A stretch of 64,000 nt of DNA. It comes from Bugula neritina. Its lineage: Eukaryota > Animalia > Bryozoa. The position numbers were made by a program, and so were the translations under genes. The stretch spans positions 15,194,998 to 15,258,997 of the forward strand of contig OZ037767.1 in the NCBI GenBank assembly GCA_964035545.1, in the 5' to 3' direction. The notes under the pieces were generated by a model. That model searched no databases and was not told where the DNA came from. It worked only from the letters and a program-made list of their open reading frames with translations. Positions 13,601 through 25,200 of the stretch are shown piece by piece. Positions within the stretch are counted from its first letter, which is position 1; each line of letters starts with the position of its first letter.

Positions 13601-15400
13601 GTTTATTGTCAAAATGAACTTGAAATTAAAGACTTAGTAGTAAAAATTAAACTAAGACTGACTGTAAGTGACTAAGATTAAAAATAAGTAATTTTAAATA
13701 TCGATTTAGTATTTTTCTTACTCTTTGTCTTGAAATTGACTTTTATTTTGCACCTACTCCTGGTCAATGATTCTTTTTTCTATTTATATTACTATTGCTA
13801 TTAGTATAATTGACTTAAATTTAATAATAGATATGATTATATCTTTATAAATGTGATATTTGATTTTATGAATAGTAATTCGAAAACTCTTTGGTATTAT
13901 TTATTTTTGATCATTGTAGTTATTATCATTATATTTGTATAGTAATTATGATTATCAAATTCAATATCGATATTTGTATTATGGTATGGATATCTGCCTC
14001 CATCCCGTGTTCTGTTTTGCAGTGCCTTTTTACATTCACGTCTAGGTTCACATTGCGATGGTCATACTGATAGCACTTGGGGACAGTGATGAGCATAATG
14101 ATTATCACTAATATTAAGATTATCGTTATTAGGATTTAGAATAATTTAATAAACAAGAAACTTAAAACAAATGTTTTTACTAATATACATATTAATTACT
14201 AATATAAATATACTACTATGAATATTATAATTATTATACTTTACAATTCAAAGTAAGATAATCATAATACGAACTGGTAAAACTAAATATAAAGTAAATG
14301 TAATAATACTAATAGTAGTTATCCATTCCCCTTTGGTTTCACATACTAATAATTGGAAACCTCTGTCCTAATATTATTTCTATTAATATTGCTCAAAGTT
14401 TGATCCCTATTTAATTTTATAGTTCACTCACCAGCTACATAATTTTATTAAAATACATGTGGTATTGGTTATAGTACTAGTGAAACTTGAAGTTGAATAG
14501 CATGCTTATTACTCACTGCTCTTTGCTTACATTATTAGGGTTACTCTTTAGTCTTAGAGATACCCTAACATAAACTTGAAAGCTGGAGGTAGTACTAGTC
14601 TAGTGCTGTGTTAATCCTACACTGTTGACTTATCAACACCGTGACTATAATTATGACTCCTAAGTCAAAGTCATTTTCATATAGTAGTAATCACTATGAC
14701 AGACTGAAAGTCAGGAAGACTAAATATAATGGTAAAGTGTGTAAGAATAAATCATACTTAATCAATTACTTTTAGTTTTGTTACCAGTGTTGGGTCAACT
14801 TTCAGAATAAAGAATAAATATAATTATAAAGATAAATGGATAAAAATTCCAATCATGGTTTAATGTGCCTATTTTAAGCTGTTAATTTAATTACTATAAT
14901 ATAAGTGCTCAAAATACAACTTTTGATTTTCATAATTATGTTTTAATTTAATACAGATACCATAGTATCATATACAGTAGAATCAGTTGTATCTTATTTA
15001 ATAATAAAGTAACTTTTTGCAGCTTTCACAGTTATTAATTATTCACTTGTTAGTCTTTGAACTAGGACAATGTTAGAAACTTGAAGTAGAATGAAGTTTG
15101 ATTTCAGTTACCGCAATGGTATCTGCAGTCACAATAGGGATATGCATATAACTATGTTTATATTTGTGAAAAATATATAGTCAAAACTAGATAGGGTAAT
15201 AGTAATTATAGTTAGTTTCACTTTTACTATATTCCTATAAACTGGAAAATAGACAGAAGCATTTAATCATGAAAGTAAACCTAATGGAAGTAAATCAATT
15301 CACTAAGTATAGTAAAATATTTACTATTCAGTGAGTTTATTTACTTTAGTTAATTGTACTTGATTATTTCTGTTGGTTGGTTTTTCAGTTGGTTTTTTTG
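10700..15400. repeat. Long cryptic low-complexity tract with period-3/period-6 degenerate repeats, including (TAC/CTA)n at ~11700-11850
   Basis: Runs such as ATAAAA ATAGGT ATAAGT ATAAAT, TAGTAA TAGTTA and CAGACT TAGAGT. The ORF track lists nothing here. A ~70-bp direct repeat lies at ~13020-13085 and ~13350-13415. Confidence 0.65.
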
Positions 15401-16349
15401 CTTTTTGCTATAGCATATCAAACTACCACAAAGTCATTCTTCAATATTACAATGTTAATCATAAGTGTTTCTGTTGTTGTACTGATTGATAAATATTTTT
15501 TAGCTTGCATGGATATTTAATACCATCAAGGTGTCATTTGAACCGGGACTGGAATAAAGATGGCAAATCGAGAAGCTAGCTACAATTCTTCTGCAGAAAG
15601 AAACTTGGTAAGCAAAAATAAGCTGCAGCATAAAGCAGTAAGCGAAATGGCGATGAATTTTGCTTGATTTTGATTGACCTTAAAATGTCTGGTCACCTTT
15701 TACCGCCGTGGTCCTGCGCGGTTGGCGGGTGACCTTAAAATGTCTGATGCACGTAAAATAAATTTTGTGACAGTCAAAAGTATGCTGATCTTTTTTGTAT
15801 TTCAATGCATCGGTGTCTTAGCTTAAGAGCTGAACCCAACAATTTTGATCTAAAGCTGTTTTTTACGAGAAAGTGATTTTACTGTCTTTCTGATTATTCT
15901 TGGTTTTTCAGCTTGATGAATTGAATAAATGGAATTGATTTTGGATATTTTGTAATGGATGAAAGAAATTTTTCTTAAATTTGTACTGAGCAATTTTTGC
16001 TATTGCTATGATGTTAAGTGATAAAATTGCACCCTTAATAACCCTGAAAACTTTCATTACTAGCATTTGTTTATGTTCATTTTTAGGAAATAAAAACGAA
16101 GACACAACTCACCGATGCTATCTCACTGTGCCTGCATGCAGCTTATCTAAAAAGGTACTCCTATTAGCTGGCTCTTGCCCAATACCTGGTTGTCTCTGTA
16201 ACTATTTTTTGCTCGCAGATGAGTTTTTTGAACTTGACATTTTATTGATTTTGAAAGTTATAGTGAGCTTTGAACTTGCTAGCATCGTTTTTAAAGACTT
16301 GCTGCAGTTTTTATCAACATTTTTTAAGTCAATGGTGTTAGTTTGGAAG

Positions 16350-16608
16350 CTCTCTCACTCCTCTCTCTGTCTCTTTCTCCCACACCTTCCACTCAACCTC
16401 TCTCTCTTTCTCTCCCTCTCTCCCACCCTCCCTCTCTCCCACCCTCTGTCTCTCCCACCTTCTCCCTCTCTCTCCCACTCTCTGTCTTTCCCACCTTCTC
16501 TCTCTCCTAACCTTACTCTCCTCCCTTTTCCACTATCTCTCTGACTCTCTCCCTTTCTCTCTTCTACCCCATCTCTCTTCCATCCTCTCCCCTAACCTTT
16601 CTCTCTCT
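16350..16608 (+). repeat. CT-rich polypyrimidine low-complexity tract
   Basis: Almost entirely C/T (CTCTCCC.. repeats). Confidence 0.9.
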
Positions 16609-19600
16609 AGTTTGCATGGCTTTACCCAATTTTGGTTTATTTTTTTATTTTGTTTCAGAGTATCCAAAAGGAAAGCTAAAATTTATTTAATATATATTAT
16701 ACTAACTTGAGCTTTACATATAATATCAAATAAATGCTGTGTTTTGTTAAAACAATGTTTGCAACTTTGTAGTATATTCAAATTCATAATTTATTTGTAG
16801 AGTCACACAACAAGACACTACTCTGACACACTCACAAGTTGCCACTGATCCAGCAGTATAGATGATTGTTTTCTCCACTGGCTATGCTGTCACGCTTTAC
16901 TGATGTGGTGTTTGAAACAATCCAATTGTTTGCCTACGCAGACTAGGGTGAGAAAAAAAGTGAGAAATGAAAGCTGTTTTTAACACCAACTACACTTAGT
17001 TTTTATTGAATGAAAAACAAAGTGAAATCATTAGTTATCAGTTAAATGACTAAATCACTGTTTATAAAGATGAAACACAAATAATCTTATAATATGCTAA
17101 TGAAATTTGGCTTTCAAATAGCTTTTTTCTGTATATTTGTTGAGGAAGTTTATCTTCAACAAAACTTCGTAGCTGTTGAATATGTGGAGAGTATTTTATA
17201 TTGCATAAATTTATAGAGTAAAAGGTTCTCATCAAACTTTTACAACTTAGCTCATCGACGGTTTAAAAGTGTGAGTCACCCTTCACACTAGAGTTTTATA
17301 AAGTTTTAATGAATGTGCAGTATTTCATAAAATATTGTGTGTCTCGTAAATTTAGCTATTCCTACCTTTTCAGTGAGATTGGAGTAAACACACCTCAAAA
17401 TTCACATCTGGTATCACATTGATCTATCGCAAGTCAAAGTACACCTACTAACTCTTCCTTCCTTAATACCTGCTTGCTTTTGCACTTCTACTCATTTCAT
17501 ATACGTAACATTTCTCTTGCAGATGAATTACATCTTTTAAGTTGTAAAAGCCTTAAATAGCATGAAATTAATGAGGTTTAAACCGTGGCCACACTAACTA
17601 TTGATGCGTTTATTGATGGGCTAAATTACACGAAAATATTGTCTCTTTCTTTTTAGTTTCACCTAAAGTATTACATACTATTGATGGAGGCTTTGCTGAA
17701 GTTTTTGGGTGATGATTTGTCAATACTTTTCCAGAGAAGATGATGCCACGGTGGCTGGCGTCATTATGCAGTTTCCAAATTTCTTTCAGCTTTGCTCTAG
17801 TGAAAATGTTGGAAAACAATCAACAAAAAGGTTTGTACCATAAACGAAGTTATTGTGTGCATGTTGCCAAAGCATAAAGTGTGCCGGACATTTTTAAGTT
17901 TCTGTTGAGTTGCGTTGATGCTTTTCCTGCATGAAAAAAGTTCCAGTTTCAGTTAATATTACTTGCCGAGTACCCACCTATGTTTTAAATCATATTGATA
18001 CATACGTTCTTTTTGTAATATTAAAAGTATAACTTGCTAAATTGCTATTCAATGCCCATTGAAGTTTCCAACTGTAATTAATTAGTTGATTTGGCAGCAT
18101 AGTATCGATGATTGATGAAGGCAGCCGATATAATTATAAGCATAAATATCTATATCTACATGAAGATGTCATTCCCAATGATTGTTATTCTGAAGTCAGC
18201 TGATTAAGTTATCACAAACTAAACATTTTGACCAGCGGCTTTTACAATGCAACTCGGTGAAATTTTAGACCTAGATAAATTGAATTTCTTACTGAAAATC
18301 GTGAAGGTATTAAAGTTTAAAGTGAAAGTTTAAAGGGTCATCTCTCTGCGAATTCTAATAGCATGGTGCCAATTAGACTTGAAAAAATTTCAAGGCACTA
18401 TAAAGCACTAAGCCCATTCTTACAAGTAGTTTCAAAGTGCACTGGAATTTCAGTTTACTTGTCATTGTATAGAATCCTGATCTACACTATATAGCATTCA
18501 CTATTGCCTGCTTCTTCTAAGCATCTATAATGTTTGCTTTGAGAAGTGAATTTCTACTTGGTATTTTTTCCTTATCGTTCTGTTTGCCAGTAGTCTTAAT
18601 TTAATGGATTTTCCCTTTTCAAAAGTGGTTGTGACAATCAAAACACATCATGCAGCCTGCAACGACACAATCAGTCAGTAATTTCTTCCATTAAAGTAGC
18701 TCTTCTGGTTACTCTTACTCACCTAAAAGCCTGAGCCTCATTCAAATTGCAAGTTTTTAGAGTTGTTAATTTTTCATGCAGTCTTTCATTTTCTTTTGTT
18801 AGGCACAAAATTAGTATTCACTAGACCTAATCTTTCATCTGCATGTATGCCTATTGTTTGTTCATTAAAGAAAAATCTCTGCTGAATATTGAACTAATAG
18901 TGAAAACTAAAAGTAGCAGTGTGATTTTGGTATTACAATCAGTTGTTAGCATAGAGTCAAGTTATTGACAGGAATTTTCAAATTGAAATGAATGAATTTC
19001 ATTGTAAGTCAGCAAGATTTAGTCTAAGTAAACATAGCATTACATCATGTTCTTATTTAACATTGGTAGAAGGCAACATTTATTTTAAGGACTGTTGTAA
19101 ACTTAAATGTAATTTTAGGTACTTTCCATGTTTGTTATTGTAGATGGTCTTGTTCTTTGGAATGGATGTGACAACTCCTTGTGTCAAACTTAACTGATTG
19201 ACTACTGAATCCCAATCATGTTTTGCCAAAAAATGTGAAAATGGAGTGCATGTCTACTTTATTTGAGAAAATATTAAAAATACTTTTGAAACTTCATCTA
19301 GCCAAACAATACAACAGTTTCATTTTATTAAAAAACATCATTTGCCCAAAATGTATTATGTAATCGAACAATTTCTAGAAAAAACAGTGCTTTCCTCCAG
19401 TTTTGCTAATGAATTACATATTTCATTACATGCTTGTCTTTATAATTTTATTAATTGTTTTTTCTGGTGAGTCAATTCAACCTTGAAAAGTCTGAATTTC
19501 AGACTTAATTTCAAGCTAGAATATTCACATTTTTAGGTCTGCGTTTGCAAACATTGTTGTGTTACTTTACTTTTTATATTTTTTGAAATAGATATTTTTT

Positions 19601-19950
19601 TAGCTTGTGCCTATTCATGATTAGAAGAGTATAATAATATTTAATTTTTCTTCAATTTTAATAGATGAAAATGTTGATCAGTTGGAGTATTCAGTTTAGC
19701 TGAATTTTACTTGCTTCTGCGAAAAAAATCTTTTGGAGTTGTCTGCCCTCTCTTTAGGTAATTTTTTGACCTATGGTCAATGCAATAATTATAACTTTTT
19801 AAAGATGCTTGTGAACCTAACAATATAGCACAACTATCAAACCACATTATTTATTCAATATCTGCATAAAATTTAGCCAATAATCTGCCACCCAATGAGC
19901 TTGAAAAGATATTAGAATCCTAGCTCAGTGCTGCCATCAATGTAGATATT

Positions 19951-20040
19951 TATAATGATATAAAGCCAAAACTCATTATTTATAATGATATAAAGCCAAA
20001 ACTCATTATTTATAATGATATAAAGCCAAAACTCATTATT
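19951..20040. repeat. Perfect 30-bp tandem repeat x3
   Basis: TATAATGATATAAAGCCAAAACTCATTATT occurs three times in tandem. Confidence 0.95.
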
Positions 20041-20580
20041 GCATGAAATTATCTAACCATTCCTGACGAAGAATCGAGATAATAACTCCAAAGTTGGTCA
20101 GTTGAAACCACAGCAATAATACTTTAATCCTTATAATTGTCAGGTTTAATTTTATACCAAGCCCCAATCAGTACATATCACTATGACAACACAGCCTAAG
20201 CACCTCCAATGCAAGAAATTTAGTATTGTGGTGCTACAAATCCTCCAGTTGCAAATGAGTAGAGCTTTCATGATTATTGGTCTACCATAATGTTTATTTA
20301 GCTGTAGGGACCAGCATAAATGCTATTATATGTGGAAGGTATTTGAAAAGCTTCCAACTCCATCTTCAACTGCGGGCTATTATAATTATGCCGATAAACG
20401 AGATACTACACTCAGACTGCCCTGTTATAGTACTATGATTGGCTGCTGCAAAATTTTTGCCGATAAACAACATTTATTTATGATGTAATGTATCTCGTAT
20501 TGGTACATAAGTGTTATGTCTGAGGACGAGATACTGTGAAATTATGCCCTGATATTAATCAACCCTGCTGGTATTTCAAG

Positions 20581-22221
20581 GTCACCCCTACGCTGGTTTG
20601 CAGACGGATGACACTTGTTTCTGTGGAAGTGAGTACGACAAGTATGGAATCAGTGAAGAAACGAGCTGCAAAGACCCTTGCAAAGGAAACACTAGTCAGA
20701 TATGTGGTGGAGGCTGGAGAAACAGTGTCTATAAAATATCTGGAAAAGGTGCATAAAAAATGAACTCAAAATTGAAATTGAATAATTATACATTTCAATG
20801 CAAAAAAGAAAAATAAAAATATTGTTGATGCTTATTTACTATTATTTTATAGCCTAAAAATTTGTATATTTGCACCTAATTTTTCATAGAATTTTAATTG
20901 TAAAATATGCTTAGATTTAAAGTCACTTCAACAATGTATCAAACAGCTGAATTTTGTTTAAATATATACTGTAGAAAAGAATGAATCCAGCCAAAGTGTA
21001 CCAAGACCCATTCGCTATGTCGGCAAAATCGAAGTAGGAAAAATGACTGATGACATCATATCCTTTATTGAACATCCAACTGATTCTACTAAAATAATAG
21101 CAGCTACATCAAAACAACTTGTAGAGATCAATCATCATGGAGACTGTACAGTAGTAGCTGGTGTGCAGCTGCAAGGTTGTTTGCATACGCAAAACTCACT
21201 TTCATTTGCTTCCATCAGCCATACTGTTTATGCTCACTTCACTGATCTGAATATACATCACTTCCTGTTTAACAAGTCTGTCATCTTGGTGGCTGATGAA
21301 GGTGACCATTGCATTAAATTCTTTGAATTTCAACAGAAACCTTTGTTCTCTAATTTTCAAACCTACAAAATTGGCAATTGTGGAATTTCACAAGTATCCC
21401 CTCTGTTAGCTGGTAGGGTTCAACATTTCAACGAACCTCAAGCAATCAAGTTTAACAGCCCGAAACATCTTTCTCTGTACCATGACTCTGAAACTATTAG
21501 ACTGGCTGTTAACTGTGTACTGACTGAAGTATACTCTGTAATTATTAGTATCTATCCAACTCACACTGTAGCATATGAGTACAGTGGACACCCTGGGTAT
21601 GTAATTCACATGTTGAATTATTTTGATTTTCCAATGATGAAATCACAAGGATTTAGCAGTGTGGAGGGCAAAAGTGATTTTGCAAAAGTAGAATTGCATA
21701 TTGAGGATAATTTTGGTACATCAATTGAGGTTTATAGCTATACTTGTAAGTCAAATATCAGTTCAGAAGTTCCCAAAGTGTTGAATGATTTACCAACAAT
21801 ATTATTCAATGGTGAAGTTCGGTATTTAATTTACAATCATACTAGTCAGATACTGCTAATACCACCTATACAAGTTTTACATCTTCCTCTGGAAGCAGAG
21901 TCTAAACTGAGTCAGTATACTGTAGCACGTGATTCTCTCATACTCTACAGTCAAAGCCTGAAAACATTTTATTTCACAAAGAAATATTCTCAATATAAGA
22001 GAGTTAGTGAGAGTCAGTGTAGTCAGTCTATTATACAAAAGTTACAGGTGAATGGAGCTGAATCTTGTGCTTATGTCTGCTTTAAATATGGCGACCTTTG
22101 TGTTTACTTTTCATTTAATAGTGTAGACAACTTCTGTTATATTCATAATGAGGTCAGCAATACTAGTCTTATTACTACTCCAGGTTTCTACTGTTACACA
22201 TCTTTAAATTATATATTTTAA
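20581..22221 (+). CDS. WSC-NHL-PAN family copy A (5'-partial; signal/first WSC exon not found)
   Basis: Exon 20581-20748 (AG|..|GT; GHPYAGLQTDDTCFCG..C..PCKGN..CGGGWRNSVY, the second half of a WSC domain) and exon 20975-22221 (in frame with ORF 21043; VADEGDHCIK, FNSPKHL, ESCAYVC..C..FS....NFCYIH). Near-duplicate of copy D from ~20552 to ~22990. Confidence 0.75.
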
Positions 22222-25200
22222 ATGTTTAAACAATTTGTTTGCTCTTTTAACAACGATAATTTAGTAAGTTACCACACAAATAATAAATTATTGAATGGGT
22301 TTTCTGACAAAGAATAATAACTTATTAAATGGGTTTTCTGACAAAGAACATAATATCTTTCTGATGCTGGTAATATTTACAATTATATTTATGTTTACAG
22401 TATAATATCTATGTTTATTACAATATTTTAGTTATGTTGACATTTATACTATAGCTGCTGTGAATTTAATAAACAATAATCTCTATTCTACAATGTATTT
22501 TATCTCAATATATAAGTAAATATACCATTTTAATCAAAAAAGGAGAACAATAATCAATTAAGGTAATTGAAAGGGCACAACAGAAACCTATATTATATGA
22601 AATGGTCAGAAGAGGACAACTCTAGATAATCATAATATCCCAGTGATAATTTCAATTATTGACTGCAAATGCATATTATTTGTTTGATCAGACAATAAAA
22701 ATTCAATGACTATACGTTTTTAATATAAACAACAGCCATGTCTGTGTTTTACTAAATCAGCCAATCAAATAATTGCTAAAGTAACATTCAATTCTTTTAA
22801 CTAACTTATTATATTATTTCGTCAGTTTAAAACTCTAAAGAAGCATCCAATATTTTGAAAGACTAGATAATGAGTGCTTCTAGTAACATGTGACAGCATA
22901 AACTCTCATTGGTATCGCTGACTGTAGTATTATACTGAGTGAAAAACATTGAGGCACCAAAATAGTGAATTTTTTTACACTCAACTTTATTTGATATCTG
23001 CACAGAGAGAAATATTAGTGCAGTGCTTGCACTAAAATTGTTCAAAGAGCCTTTTATTGCCAGTATAGCCTGCACCACACCTCTAATATTTGTTAGACCT
23101 GCACTTATTTTGATGAAATTGAAAATTAATCCGATTAGTGTAAGCTGAAAAACATTTTGTAGTAGCTCTGAAACCACTTAGTTACTTTTCACAAGTATTA
23201 CGTAATTATCATCCCTAGGTTCTAATGAAGCTAAACAGTAATTGATAGGAGCAGAAAATGAGATCAATGCTACAACTACATAATGTTCAACTACATTATG
23301 TTCAAGCAAAATTTTATTTACATAAGAATTATGGAACAATCAGCAGTTGTTCACCTAACAACATTATTTGTTCACATTTACACTGATGATGATCACAAAC
23401 CTTTATAGGAAGCTAGGATAGAGTTGAACCCTACATTTGGGTCATTTCGATTGGTGCTTCCCAGTTAGATGCTATTTATACATTTTACGTGCAGTTTATT
23501 TGAATACTATTGAAATATATGTGCATTTAAATAAATTTGAGTCAATTGCTTTTTGTAATTGGCACACAAATAAATTTCTTTGCTCTGCATAAACCTATTA
23601 ATTTTGCATTTTCTATATTTTTTGCTTTTTGAAAAAATGTTATTATTAATGCATTTAATGCTTTTTTTCAACACAAATTTGGAAAAATTTAAATATTATT
23701 GCAAATATATCATATTAATGGTTATTTTATGTTCAGCAATGATATGAAAGTTATATAAGGGTATATAGGTATATAATAGTTAGCACCAAAACAAAAAATA
23801 CAACTTAACTGGGGAGCATATAAGTGGAATGCAACTCCATCAACCTACTGTTCATGATTTTGAAATTTCTATGAACCTAAGATATTTTCAAATAGCTTGT
23901 TACCAGACTACTATTAAACATTGCCCCATTCCGTTTATCAAAGACTAAGGCTGAAGTTGAATTTATTAACAAAAAAGTTCATCTGCACATATTATCTCTT
24001 GCATGGGTAGTTTAGGCTTCACTAGTCAATTTCATTCATGGAAAGGAAAGCCAACTAATTTAAAATGTGTGTAAAAGGGAGATCGGGGAGATGCACCATT
24101 AAACTCCAATGTACTCAGTTATTAGCAAATGTGTTTCAAACAAGAAGCTTAAAATTAATAACAAAACAAGCTACTGAATAGTCAAGTGTAGATCAGGTGA
24201 ACCACTTCAAAAGCCTAAGTAACTTGAGTAAATTACCTGGTGAAACAAAAGAAAACGTTGCATAACAAAGCTATAGTAAGGAAATATTTAAAATGTAATT
24301 CAAAGGCTAGAAACTGGCTTACCAAGCAGTAACAAAGCAAAGCAAAGGATATTACATAACAGCACATATTTTTCATTAACGGCTATTGACAGAAGAAACA
24401 TTCTGCAGGCATAGTGAACACCAGAAGCTCAGACTAAGAGGTTGTGCTTTGAGATTCAGTAACTTTGTGCTTCCAAACAACCTCACAACATGGAAGACAT
24501 TGAATCAGTTAATCACCAGGGTAAAGATTGCAGCTACTTCTCAGAGATAGAAGATGATCACTTTCTTTCAGAGTTAGAAACTAAAGCTGTTATTGCAATT
24601 TGCAGCAAAGGGTAAGCTCAATCATTTGCTTAACATTGTCGTTTGCTATCACAATGACAGTATGCATGAGTATGACTATTGCTATAGACAGATAATTGAA
24701 TTTGTGCAACTATAAATTTCCAGAGATCACATTGACTGATATTTCTCAAACTATTCTAATCCTATATCAATTTGATACGCCTGTTCCTGTAATCATTTAT
24801 TTCTAAAAAGTTTAGCGTTTTATTTCAACGTCATCTTCTAGCAATTTGTGCCAAATAATGCAGTTTAGAAGCCTACAACAGCTGCCAAGCTAACTTCTTG
24901 TTTTATACTTTATAGCTAAGTACCAAACTGAAAATGCCAAATTTAGTGGTGAGTTGGCAAAGTTCATAAATACAAGAACATTTTATTAACTTCCGTACCA
25001 CCAGTTTATTTTCTTATTTATTTTTGCACAGCACAATTAAATGCTGAAATAGAAAAAAGATGTTTGAATAACAATATTTTTCTTGGTAGTACTGTATTTG
25101 TTTTTCAGTTTATAGACATACTGAAACTTATTTCGATATAAGAGGCCCATATAAAATAATAAATAATCATCTTGAGTTTTATACGGGAACACATTTACTT

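Noticed and set aside
16008-16544. 178-aa ORF
   Set aside because: It runs into the CT-rich tract (LSLSP repeats), with no domain signal or splice support.
17600-18900. Possible decayed coding fragments on the minus strand (similar hints at ~42870-44100)
   Set aside because: Many stops and no recognisable motif; would need TBLASTX.
20536-20763. ORF MKLCPDINQPCW.. (and 54198-54389)
   Set aside because: Wrong frame. The overlapping frame encodes the WSC half-domain with proper splice sites.
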